Below the pieces are notes generated by a model, which searched no databases, was not told the origin of the DNA, and saw nothing but the letters and a program-made list of their open reading frames with translations. From Candidatus Marinacidobacterales bacterium (GTDB lineage: Bacteria > Acidobacteriota > Vicinamibacteria > Marinacidobacterales > DATDRI01), in NCBI GenBank assembly GCA_965219415.1, contig CBDCNP010000002.1, positions 64,001 through 128,000 of the forward strand: 64,000 bases of DNA, given 5' to 3'. Within the stretch, counting starts at the first letter, position 1. Every line of letters begins with the position of its first letter. Below, one piece after another: positions 20,557 through 30,160 of this stretch. The translations under genes were made by a program, and so were the position numbers.

Positions 20557-22014
20557 TCAGAAGATGAAGTAGATGAACGGGTTGAATCCTTGTGTCGCGA
20601 GCACCGCGATCGAGGCCAGCCACAACCCGACTATCGCAATGGCCTTGAGCGGGGTAATGGTGCGAGTCCAATCCCAAGTCTGCGGACACGTCCATGTGAC
20701 GAGAGCCGCAAGGAAAACCGTCCCCAAGTAGTACGGTTGATACAAAATCCCACTCAAGAGTCCGGCGGTTTCGTGCACCGTCTCGATGCCGAACATGCTC
20801 CGCAAATACATGACGGCGGCTCGCAGATCCTCGGCCCTAAAGAAGACCCAGGTGATGAGAACGAGCGTAAACGTGACCGCCCTACGCCCCACCGCCGGCA
20901 GCCAACGATAGGGAGGTGATTTTCCGCGGAGACGTTCACCGGCAAGCAATAGACCGTGCAGTCCTCCCCAGACGACGAAGTTCCACGCTGCCCCATGCCA
21001 CAGTCCTCCGAGCAACATGACAATCGCCAGGTTGAGATAGGTTCGGCCGCGGCCGAGTTTGTTTCCTCCGAGCGGCAGGTAGAGATAGTCCCGGAGCCAC
21101 GTAGACAACGATATGTGCCACCGCCGCCAAAACTCGGTGATCGACTGAGCGAGGTAGGGAGAATCGAAGTTCTTCGAGAACACGAATCCCAACATGAGGC
21201 CCAGCCCGATGGCCATGTCCGAGTACGCGCTGAAGTCGAAATAGATCTGAAACGCATAGCCGATGACGCCGTACCAGGCATCCACGACGCCGATGGACCC
21301 GGCGTTGAATGCGACATCCGCCACCTTGCCACAGGGATTGGCCAAGAGGATCTTCTTCGCGAGCCCGACGCTCACAAACGCGACGCCGCGGGAGAATTTC
21401 GTGACGGTGTGCGTTCGCTGCGAGAGTTGGTCGGCGACCTCTGAGAACCGGATGATCGGCCCAGCGACGAGCTGCGGAAACATCGAGACGTAGCAAGCGA
21501 AGTCGATGAAGTTTCTGAGTGCCCGGGCCTGCCCTCGGTAGACGTCGATGGTGTAACTCATCGACTGGAACGTGTAGAAGCTGATCCCCAATGGCAAGAC
21601 GACGCTGATCGCCCTCTCGATTTCGAGCTCCGGCAAACCCAGGTGGCTGACGATGACATCGAAGCTATCCGCCGCGAAATTGAAGTACTTGAAGAAGCCG
21701 AGGAGCGACAGATTGGAAACGATGGACAGGGTCACAGCAACCCGCTGTGAGCGGGTGCGGCGTCTTCCCGGGTCAAGCTGCTGGATCGGACTTCCCCAAT
21801 CCCGCAAACGGTGCTTCGCAATCACCAGCCCGCAGACGTAGTCAACCGTTGTCGATCCGAGTAGGAGTAGGACGAAGAGCGGATTCGCCCACCCATAGAA
21901 GAAGTAACTCACCAGGGTGAGGATGAGGTGCTTGGTGCGGCGCGGAACCGCGTAGTAAAGCAGCAGCGCAATGGGTAGGAAATAGAAGAGGAAGAGGTAG
22001 GAGCTAAAGACCAC
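20557..22014 (-). CDS. MBOAT O-acyltransferase, AlgI/PatA family
   Basis: LPLGISFYTFQ, FPQLVAGPI, QIYFDFSAYSD, FWRRWHISLS, GLWHG motifs and NPFIYFIF terminus. Confidence 0.95.
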   Translation of the reverse strand: MVFSSYLFLFYFLPIALLLYYAVPRRTKHLILTLVSYFFYGWANPLFVLLLLGSTTVDYVCGLVIAKHRLRDWGSPIQQLDPGRRRTRSQRVAVTLSIVSNLSLLGFFKYFNFAADSFDVIVSHLGLPELEIERAISVVLPLGISFYTFQSMSYTIDVYRGQARALRNFIDFACYVSMFPQLVAGPIIRFSEVADQLSQRTHTVTKFSRGVAFVSVGLAKKILLANPCGKVADVAFNAGSIGVVDAWYGVIGYAFQIYFDFSAYSDMAIGLGLMLGFVFSKNFDSPYLAQSITEFWRRWHISLSTWLRDYLYLPLGGNKLGRGRTYLNLAIVMLLGGLWHGAAWNFVVWGGLHGLLLAGERLRGKSPPYRWLPAVGRRAVTFTLVLITWVFFRAEDLRAAVMYLRSMFGIETVHETAGLLSGILYQPYYLGTVFLAALVTWTCPQTWDWTRTITPLKAIAIVGLWLASIAVLATQGFNPFIYFIF

Positions 22015-22017
22015 TGG

Positions 22018-23451
22018 CTATCTGTCGATGTCGTAGTAGAGTCGAAGGTCGAAGGCGTCGCTGTCCATGACGAGGCGCTCGCCTTCTAGCTCCTGATGCT
22101 CATCATACACGCCTAGAGTCATTCGGTGGACGCTGCCTTCTCCGCGTACCGCCTCGTCTAACACTTGGCCGTCTCGAATCACCCAGTGGGCGGCGAGAAG
22201 TGTCGCCCCCTCGTAGGCGCCTTCGAGCACTTTCACCACCTCGTATTCGTTGACGAGGAGCGCACGGCGGTATGGCAAAATCGACTCCGGTGTGGGGATC
22301 GGGAAAGATTGAAGCACACGAGCTTCGACAACCAGACGCTCGCTGGTTCCTTCGTCCGCTACAGGTGACGGCCCACGTTTTGGATTCCGCCCCACACGGT
22401 CGGCGGGTCGCTCGCTCGGGTCAATCCAAGCGTCCGGGTAGAAATCGGCATGCCGGTTGTCGGACACCTGGGCCCAGGCCTCGACAGTCGTGAAATCTTC
22501 GGAGAAGCGGCCGAGATGGATCTCGACCTGCTCTCCACCATCACGGATCTTGTTGGCCTTGTCGCCAACCGTGTAGGGGCCGGTGATGGTGAGAAACCGG
22601 GGGTGGTTGGCCCAGCGCGGATGGTAAATCTCGTATCCGTCGATTCCCGGCGCATCATTAATGTTGACCCGCCATCGTTCGTCACGCCCTAAATCCACCA
22701 TAGTCAGATTGCGGTGAGCTCCATCGAAATACCAGAAAAGGGGGTTAGCACCGCTCGATAGAGACGTCCAGCATCCCCTACCCTTGCGATCCCAGTCACC
22801 GTTGGGTAGCCCCACCACTCCGGCCCCAGGCCAAGGGAAGAGCCCGCCCGCCAAGCGGCCATCGTCTGATACCTGAAAGGTGTCTCCGCTCACACGGCGC
22901 CGGTCCCAAACGAGCTCACTCACTTCCCAGTGGTCGATCTGGTGTCTGGTGACGACCCCATAGGTGACGGGGTCTTTCTTCTCGTCGGTACCCACATAGA
23001 TCCATTCGACTTCGGTCTTCGGATCGATCCATGTTGCGAGCGCGAATCCCCTTCCCAGCCTCTGCACCCTGGATCCATCCCAGTTCACGAGGAGCACCCG
23101 GTTACGTCCGCGGTTGGAAACAACCACCCGGTCACCACGGGGCGTCAAAAGGGGCTTGGCATAGTTGCCCGGGGTATCGACGATCGCGCGCTCGCCGTTA
23201 CCGTCGTGACTGTCGTACCCCATCAAGCGAAGTTGCTTGCCCTTGGTGCCAATGTCGGTCCCATCACCGAGGTCCTGGGCCCAGACGACTCGGGTTCGAG
23301 CACCGGTCAGGCTCTGAATGTCGCTCGGCTCCATTGCCCCCGGGCGCGTGTTTGCGTGTGCCTCGTTACGCTCCCCGGGTGCCTCGGGCGGCGCGCATGA
23401 TGCGCACGCCACCAAAACGACAGCCAGGAAAAGGGACTTCTGTCGAGCCAT
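22018..23451 (-). CDS. lipoprotein with TolB-like propeller region and C-terminal beta module
   Basis: LVAC lipobox; TPRGDRVV, SDDGR and HPRW propeller-like motifs; first gene of the MBOAT operon. Confidence 0.6.
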   Translation of the reverse strand: MARQKSLFLAVVLVACASCAPPEAPGERNEAHANTRPGAMEPSDIQSLTGARTRVVWAQDLGDGTDIGTKGKQLRLMGYDSHDGNGERAIVDTPGNYAKPLLTPRGDRVVVSNRGRNRVLLVNWDGSRVQRLGRGFALATWIDPKTEVEWIYVGTDEKKDPVTYGVVTRHQIDHWEVSELVWDRRRVSGDTFQVSDDGRLAGGLFPWPGAGVVGLPNGDWDRKGRGCWTSLSSGANPLFWYFDGAHRNLTMVDLGRDERWRVNINDAPGIDGYEIYHPRWANHPRFLTITGPYTVGDKANKIRDGGEQVEIHLGRFSEDFTTVEAWAQVSDNRHADFYPDAWIDPSERPADRVGRNPKRGPSPVADEGTSERLVVEARVLQSFPIPTPESILPYRRALLVNEYEVVKVLEGAYEGATLLAAHWVIRDGQVLDEAVRGEGSVHRMTLGVYDEHQELEGERLVMDSDAFDLRLYYDIDR

Positions 23452-23561
23452 GTTCCCCCCATTTTCTGGCAGCCGTTTGGAGCCTGCAAGCTGCAAACGA
23501 GCGGTCGAGTCACGTACAATAGTCGCTGGGGGCGGATACCCCGCACCGTCTGGAGGGCCCC

Positions 23562-24125
23562 ATGGGATTCGTACTCACGATCTTTGGCATCGTCGCTGGC
23601 GCTTTCTTCCTTGGTTATTTGGGCGGTCGCCATCTACAACGGTCTCGTTAGCCTGCGAAACACCTGTGACAACGCCTGGAGCGATGTCGACGTCCAGCTG
23701 AAGAAGCGATACAACTTGATCCCCAACCTCGTCGAAACCGTGAAAGGGTACGCGAAACACGAGAAGGATACCCTCGAAAAAGTGATCCAAGCTCGGAGCC
23801 AGGCCATTGAAGCGCCGACGCCCGACGCCACCATCGCCGCAGAGAACGTGCTGACGGGCGCTCTGCGGAAGCTCTTCGCGCTTTCCGAGGCCTACCCCGA
23901 CCTGAGAAGGCTAACCAGAACTTCATTCAGCTCCAGGGCGACCTCACCCGTATCGAGGGCGATATCGCCAACGCCCGCCGTTACTACAACGCGGTCGTTC
24001 GAGACTTCAACACGCGACAGCAAGTCTTTCCCGCCAATATCATTGCGGGCTCCTTCGACTTCCAGACGCGGGCATTCTTCGAGGCCGAGGAAGAAGATCA
24101 GAAGTCCGTCAAGGTTCAATTCTAG
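23562..24125 (+). pseudogene. lemA: LemA family protein with two frameshifts (near 23608 and 23905)
   Basis: YNGLV…AWSDVDVQLKKRYNLIPNLVETVKGY…EAYPDL, then ANQNF…ARRYYN…FP in another frame ending TAG at 24125. Confidence 0.85.
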
Positions 24126-24139
24126 AAAACGGTTGGAAG

Positions 24140-25953
24140 GTGAGCGTTCCGCGAGTCACTTGCCTCATCTGCCTAATCGGGGCAGCAGCCCTTGGGGCGA
24201 CAAGAGCGGCCGCGACCGAGATCCACCACTTCGATGTTGCGATCGTCCTCAATGTTGACAGCACGTTCGTCGTAACCGAAACGATCGAGGTCGACTTCGG
24301 TAGCCAGCGGAAGCACGGCATCTTCCGGACCATCCCGGTCGACTACAACCGATCGGAGACGATTGCGGGCGTGCCGATGACGGCTCGCTACTCTATCCGC
24401 CTACAAGTCTTGAAGGTCACGGGTCGAGAAGGTCGCCCGATCCCGTTTACCACGCGCAAGGAAGGCCGCAACCTCTTCGTCCGAATCGGCCACCCCAGGC
24501 GGACCGTCACTGGCCGCGTCCTCTATACGATCACCTACGGCGTCCAAAGGGCGATCAACCGTTTCGACGAACACGATGAGCTCTACTGGAACGTAACCGG
24601 GACCGAATGGGACTGGCCAATCCATTCCGCGAGTGCCCGCATCTGGTTCCCTTCGGACGTCGAAACGGAGCGGGTGATGCACAAGACGTTCACCGGTCGA
24701 TGGAGCTCGACAACGACGGATGCCAAGGAACAACTCATCCCTGAGCTCTACTTCGCCGAGGTCGCCAACTTGGGAGTTGGCGAGGGCCTCACGATCGTTC
24801 TCGGGTTTCCGAAGGGCACCCTCCGGCCTCCATCGGTATCGCAGGAATCTGGTGGACCGTTGCGGACAACATTGTTTTCTTTCTCGCAGCCCTCGCCCCG
24901 ATTTTGGTGCTGGCAGTCTTGTTCTGGTCCTATCTACGAATTGGCCGAGACCCTGGACGTCGAACACCGATCGTCGTGCAATACGAGCCGCCGGCCGAGC
25001 TTTCGCCGGCGGAAGTCGGCAGCCTGGTAGACGAGACGATCGACACACCGGACATCGTCTCCACCGTCATCGATCTCGCGGTGCGGGGGCACCTCAAAAT
25101 CTACGACGAAAAAACAACGAAGCTGCTCTTTTTGTCGGAAACGGACTACCGCTTCGAGAGACTCAAAGACGACGTCGAAGACCTGTCGGAGCACGAACGC
25201 GAGTTCTTGGCCGGACTCTTTGCTTCCGGCGACTCCGTTTGGCTGTCCAGCCTGAAGAACGAGTTCTACACGTCCATCCCTCCGATCCGCAAGGCCATCA
25301 CCCGCCAGATGCTTGCGAAGAAACTATTTCCCAGCGACCCGGAGAAGACTCGTGGCCACTACTTCCTTGTCGGCATGGCGGCCACGATGGTGCCGTTGGT
25401 ACTGGGTGTCTTGCTCCATAAATCAGGTACCGTCAATATCGGCTTGCCCTCGCCGCCGGGCGCGTTTCTCTTTTTCCTGATTATTTGCTTGGCGGCGACC
25501 TTGGTCCTCGTTCGATTGTTTTCCAAAGCAATGCCTTCCAAGACACGAAAGGGAGCCCGCCTCGCCAAATACTGCCTCGGCTTCAAGGAGTTCATCCAAC
25601 GCGTCGAGCGGGACCGGATCGAGCGGATGGCCAAGGATGACCCGACCCTGTTCCAGCGGGTTCTTCCCTACGCCGTCGTACTCGGAGTCGCCGACGAATG
25701 GGGCGAGCGTTTTGCGGGTCTTTTGACCGAACCTCCAACCTGGTACGAGTCCTCATCCTGGAGCCACGGGATCTTTCATCCGGGCGACATGGTGAATAAC
25801 CTGGGTCACGGTATGCACGCCATGGGTTCAACCTTGACGTCGCGGCCCAGTAGCAGCGGCAGTGGTGGTGGTGGCGGTGGATTTAGTGGCTTCAGTGGTG
25901 GCGGAGGATTCAGCGGAGGAGGTTTCGGAGGGGGCGGCGCAGGAAGCTGGTAA
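24140..25953 (+). pseudogene. DUF2207 membrane protein, frameshift near 24848
   Basis: HGIFRTIP and ELYWNVTGTEW in the first ORF; LPYAVVLGV and Gly-rich GGGGAGSW tail in the second; usual lemA partner. Confidence 0.85.
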
Positions 25954-26003
25954 CTGCCTCAGGGAACGAAATCAAGCTGAGCCTAGAACCTCTGGCAATG
26001 GAC

Positions 26004-27399
26004 TCACTCGGTGAAATTGGCGGGAATGCCGGCCCCCTTGAACATGCCCAATAGCCCGGTCTTGTCGGTCGCCTTCATCCAGGCTTCTTTGGGGTCTACT
26101 TTCTTGTCTTTGACGTGGGCCAAGAGACTGTCGTTCATCGTGGTCATTCCCAACCGCTTCGAAGTCTGCATGATCGAGGGGATCTGAAAGGTCTTTCCCT
26201 CGCGGACCAGGCTCGCGACGGCCTGGTTACCGAGCAGGATCTCTAGCGCTGCGAGTCGCCCCCCGCCTTCCTTCTTGCACAGAACTTGAGCTATCACCCC
26301 TTTCAGCGCTTCGGAGAGCATGACTCGGATCTGGGCTTGCCGGTCTGCAGGAAACTGATCGATGACGCGATCGACCGTGGAGACCGCTGTGGTCGTGTGA
26401 AGGGTACCGAAGACCAGATGCCCGGTCTCCGCGGTTTCGATGGCAATGGCGATGGTCTCCAAGTCACGCATCTCCCCGACGAGCACAATGTCGGGATCCT
26501 CGCGGAGTGCGGCGCGGAGTGCGTCCGTGAACGAGTCGGTGTGTCAACCGACCTCCCGCTGGTTCATGAGACATTTCTGGTTCTTGTGCACGAACTCGAT
26601 GGGATCTTCGATAGTGATGATGTGATCCGAGCGGTTCTTGTTGATGTAATCCACCATCGCCGCCAGGGTGGTCGATTTCCCCGAACCGGTAGGACCGGTG
26701 ACGACCACGAGTCCCTTGGTCAGGTGGCAAAGGTCGAGCACCGACTTTGGTAAGTTCAGTTGCTCGGTGGTCAAGATGTCGAAGGGGATTTGGCGAATCA
26801 CCGTCCCAACCCCGTTCCGATCTTCGAAGACATTGACTCGGAAACGGGAGAGCCCGGGAATCTCGTGCGCCAAGTCGGCGTCTCTTCTTGTTTTGAAGCG
26901 CTCCCGGATATCGTCGGTCATGATAGGCAGCAGCAGTTTCTCGATTCTGTCGGAAGTGAAGGTTCCTCGGTCGTTCAAGAAGCGAATCTCGCCGTCGACT
27001 CGGAGAACCGGTGCGCAGTCGGATGACAAATGCAGGTCAGACGCGCCCTCGGAGATCATCGACCGCAGAATCTCGTCCAACTCGGAGTCGCCGTTCCGTG
27101 CCGCGACGGCGGCTTGCCTCTGAGGAGCTGACGCCCCTTCGCTCGGCCGCGGGACGCTCCTTCCGGCGCCTCGACTGTCGAGCTCGGCGCAACCGACTGC
27201 GCGGCCGACGTTGGTTGCGGCGACGGTTCCTCCGCCGCTCGCAAGCGCCGCAACTTCATAGCGATGCTTCCATTCGGGCGGTGCAGCAATACCTCGAAGT
27301 TTTCCCCGGCGTGGGTCATGCTGACGGATTTCGGTGTCTTCGAAAGCGAGCGAACTCCTTCCGGTCCGATGACTCCCTCGGCGGTGTGCTCCAGGGTAT
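26004..27399 (-). pseudogene. pilT: PilT/PilU retraction ATPase, C-terminal part (frameshift near 27150, in-frame TGA at 26544)
   Basis: [16 protein letters not shown] Walker A, TIEDPIE, REVG*HTDSF…ALREDPD…GEMRD, TGHLVFGTLH. Confidence 0.9.
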
Positions 27400-27407
27400 T
27401 CTCTTGA

Positions 27408-28793
27408 GGGTTTACGCGGATTCGTGTGGGTAAGTTCTGACGGAAAAACAGTGTAACTCATTGTGTGGAAAAGGTATCGAGTACTTCATCAGGTGCTGAA
27501 AAGTGGTCCATTTTTAGGATAGGCTAACCGAGTGAAAAATTCCCAGTCGATCCGCTCGCTGTTTGCGCTGCCAGGTTTCGTGGTTGGTGCCGGATTGAAG
27601 GGTCTATTCGGTGACCGATACACCCGCGTCATCCAGCTCAAGAGGCGAAAAAAACAGCTGTGTGCTCTTACTGTGGGCAACGGTGCCGGGGGCGCTATGA
27701 CAAGCAAGTGTGCCGGGTCCGCGACCTGTCGTTGGCAGGCTGGCGGATCTATCTGGAATACGAGCGTTGGCGCGTCAACTGTTCTGGGTGCGGCGGTGTG
27801 CATGTAGAACACCTAGACTGGCTGGCGAACAACTCGCGCTACACCCAGCGTTTTGCGACGCATGTGGGCAAGCTGTGCCGGGATATGCCGAACAAGGCGG
27901 TGGCCGAGATGGAACGTCTGCACCACGGTACGGTGAAGGCTCTGGATACACGCTCTACATGCAAGAGCAGGTCGACCGGGCGGGGCTACCGGCGCCTCGG
28001 GCCATCGGTGTCGATGAGATCTCCATCCGCAAGGGACATAACTATCGCGTCATTGTCAGCGACCTGGAGCGGGCGCGTCCCATCTGGGTGGGCGGTGAGG
28101 GTCGCAAAGAAACCGACATCGATTTGTTCTTCAAGGCGCTGGGCGGAAAGAAAAGCGCCCGTATCAAGCTGGCCGCCATGGATATGTGGAAGCCCTTCCG
28201 GAACTCGGTGATTCACAACGCGCCTAATGCGCGGATCATCTTCGACAAGTTTCATATCATGCGTCATCTGTCAAAGGCCCTCGATGAGGTCCGGCGCGGT
28301 GAGTACAAACGCCTCAGCGGCAAGGACCGGTCGTACATCAAGGGGCAGCGTTACACTTTGCTTTCCCGGCGGGAGAACCTGAGCCTAGACGGTCGCCGCG
28401 CACTCAAAAAGTTGCTCCAGGCCAACCGGCGCCTGAACACCGCCTATATTTTGAAGGAGGCCTTCGGGCAACTCTGGGATTACCGCACCGAACGCGGCGC
28501 TCGCGCCTTTTTCACCCGTTGGAAAGACAGCCTCAAATGGCAACGCCTGCATCCGTACCAGAAGTTCGCCGGTATGATTGAGTCCCATTGGGATGGTATC
28601 GCCTCCTACTGTCATCCGGAGAACAAAGTCAGTCTCGGCCTAGTTGAAGGGGTCAACAACAAAATCCGTGTTCTGCAACGACGCGCCTACGGCTATCGCG
28701 ACGAGGAATATCTCAAGCTGAAGATCGTGGCGGCTTTCCTTCCGCCATTACCCAGAAATGCAGTTTTCAACCCACACGAATCCGCGTAGACTC
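27408..28793 (+). mobile_element. ISL3-family insertion sequence, 1386 bp, 8-bp TSD TCTCTTGA
   Basis: TIRs GGGTTTACGCGGATTCGTGTGGGT and GAGTCTACGCGGATTCGTGTGGGT; TSD at 27400-27407 and 28794-28801. Confidence 0.92.
27532..28789 (+). CDS. ISL3 transposase in three frames (A7 -1 slip site at 27648-27654; 2-bp duplication near 27948)
   Basis: CxxC zinc-finger pairs; IGVDE, AMDMW, FDKFH and EGVNNKI DDE motifs. Confidence 0.88.
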
Positions 28794-28929
28794 TCTCTTG
28801 AAGAGGCTCTCTTCCTAGGTCTCGGCGCTGGCCGTCTTGGAGCATATAGATCCGATCTCCAACCTCGAGGCGTATCTCTTCCGCGTCGTACTTCTTCAGA
28901 GCATCCAACAAGGGTACGATCTGTGACAC
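28794..28929 (-). pseudogene. pilT: 5' end of the pilT gene, separated by ISL3
   Basis: …REPLQE joins NTLEHTAEG… in frame when the IS and one TSD are removed. Confidence 0.75.
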
Positions 28930-28947
28930 ATATCCTCCTGCAGCTCG

Positions 28948-29436
28948 TTACAACCAGACCTTGGCAATGTACCGCTTGTTCACGTAAGTCACGCCTTCCT
29001 CGACTTCAAGCGGTATGAACGTTTCGTCCATGTTGAAGAAATCCGAGGTGCGCCTTCTCTCCGGCGGCAAGATGGAAGCCAGGGTGCCCTCCAACACTGC
29101 GCCGTCCATCATCTCGATGCGAAGGAGATCCACACAGGGGGCGGAGCTAGCGTCGGTGCGAGAAAGGATCGGGGCGTCATCGCCGACGTCGACCCTTTGT
29201 AGCGAGTCGAGGTTCACGAGTTGGCGCTTCCCGGTGTCCTTGGACTCGACGGGCATGAAGTGCCGGGAGCCATTGAGGAACTCGTCGACGCTTTCCGGAG
29301 CTCTCCGTGGTTCTGTAACCGCCGCCAGGAAAAGGGTGACCTCCTCCTGTTTCCCGTTGGACAGAATCAGCTTGGCCTCGATCGGCTGCGTGGGCAGTCG
29401 ATATACGGCGGCTGAGTTGCTCTCCGTCGAGCTCAT
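28948..29436 (-). CDS. hypothetical protein with two similar halves (DUF6812-like), upstream of pilT
   Basis: DEFLN…FMP…LVN and SDFFN…FIP…YVN repeats; 18 bp from the pilT start. Confidence 0.6.
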   Translation of the reverse strand: MSSTESNSAAVYRLPTQPIEAKLILSNGKQEEVTLFLAAVTEPRRAPESVDEFLNGSRHFMPVESKDTGKRQLVNLDSLQRVDVGDDAPILSRTDASSAPCVDLLRIEMMDGAVLEGTLASILPPERRRTSDFFNMDETFIPLEVEEGVTYVNKRYIAKVWL

Positions 29437-29682
29437 CACGGGCCTCAAACGTCTTCTGCTAGGGGTACGCTGGCCCCCCTGAAAAGACGGCTATGTTTGT
29501 AACTGTTAAAGGGTTGCTGAGATAGAATGCCAGGTCGACGCTGTTTTTTCAAGCACCGGCTAGGGCCCCTTAGGGCGCAGCGCCAAAGGTAGGGCGCTTC
29601 GCATATGCCCGCGGCTCCCTGAAATACGAAGGCCTAACATTCTGCTGGGATTGCTAACAACTTGACGATAGAGGAGGGCGAC

Positions 29683-30117
29683 ATGAGTCGATTTACCACG
29701 TCCCGGACTATAAACGCTCCGCTCGATCGAATCTTCGAAACGATATCCGACATCAACAACTACTCGAAGGCGGTCCCGCACGTTACCAAGGCGGAAATAC
29801 TGTCGGAGGTTCAGGCAGGGGTAGGGACCCGTTTCCGGGAGACCCGGGTAATGGATGGCAAGGAGACGACGACCGAGCTTGAGGTAACAGAGTATGCCAA
29901 GAACGACTGCATTCGCATGGTCGCCGATAGCCACGGGACGGTATGGGACTCGTTGTTCACCGTGAAGTCGGTCGAAGGGAAGACCTAGTTAACACTGACG
30001 ATGGATGCGAAGTCCCATACCCTAGCAGCAAAACTCATGACCAAGGTGATCGGGGGCATGATCCAGAAGGGACTCGAAAAGGATATGGATTGCCTGAAAG
30101 CCTATTGCGAAGAATGA
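29683..30117 (+). pseudogene. SRPBCC/polyketide-cyclase family protein with in-frame TAG at 29986
   Basis: INAPLDRIF and GVGTRFRETR; frame continues LTLTMDAK…LEKDMDCLKAYCEE to TGA at 30117. Confidence 0.85.
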
Positions 30118-30160
30118 CCAAAACCCGGGCAGAACACTAGACCTGAACATTCCTTGACCC

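Noticed and set aside
25850-25953. Gly/Ser-rich low-complexity run
   Set aside because: Normal C-terminal tail of DUF2207 proteins.
26544-26546. TGA in pilT as selenocysteine or Trp/Gly recoding
   Set aside because: The position is not a Cys site in PilT, the gene is already IS-disrupted and frameshifted, and TGA is a normal stop elsewhere in the window.
9285-29988. In-frame TAG codons (9285, 29986) as pyrrolysine or stop-codon reassignment
   Set aside because: TAG ends many intact genes at their expected family C-termini, neither site is catalytic, and the amidohydrolase also carries a frameshift; single-base nonsense mutations explain both.
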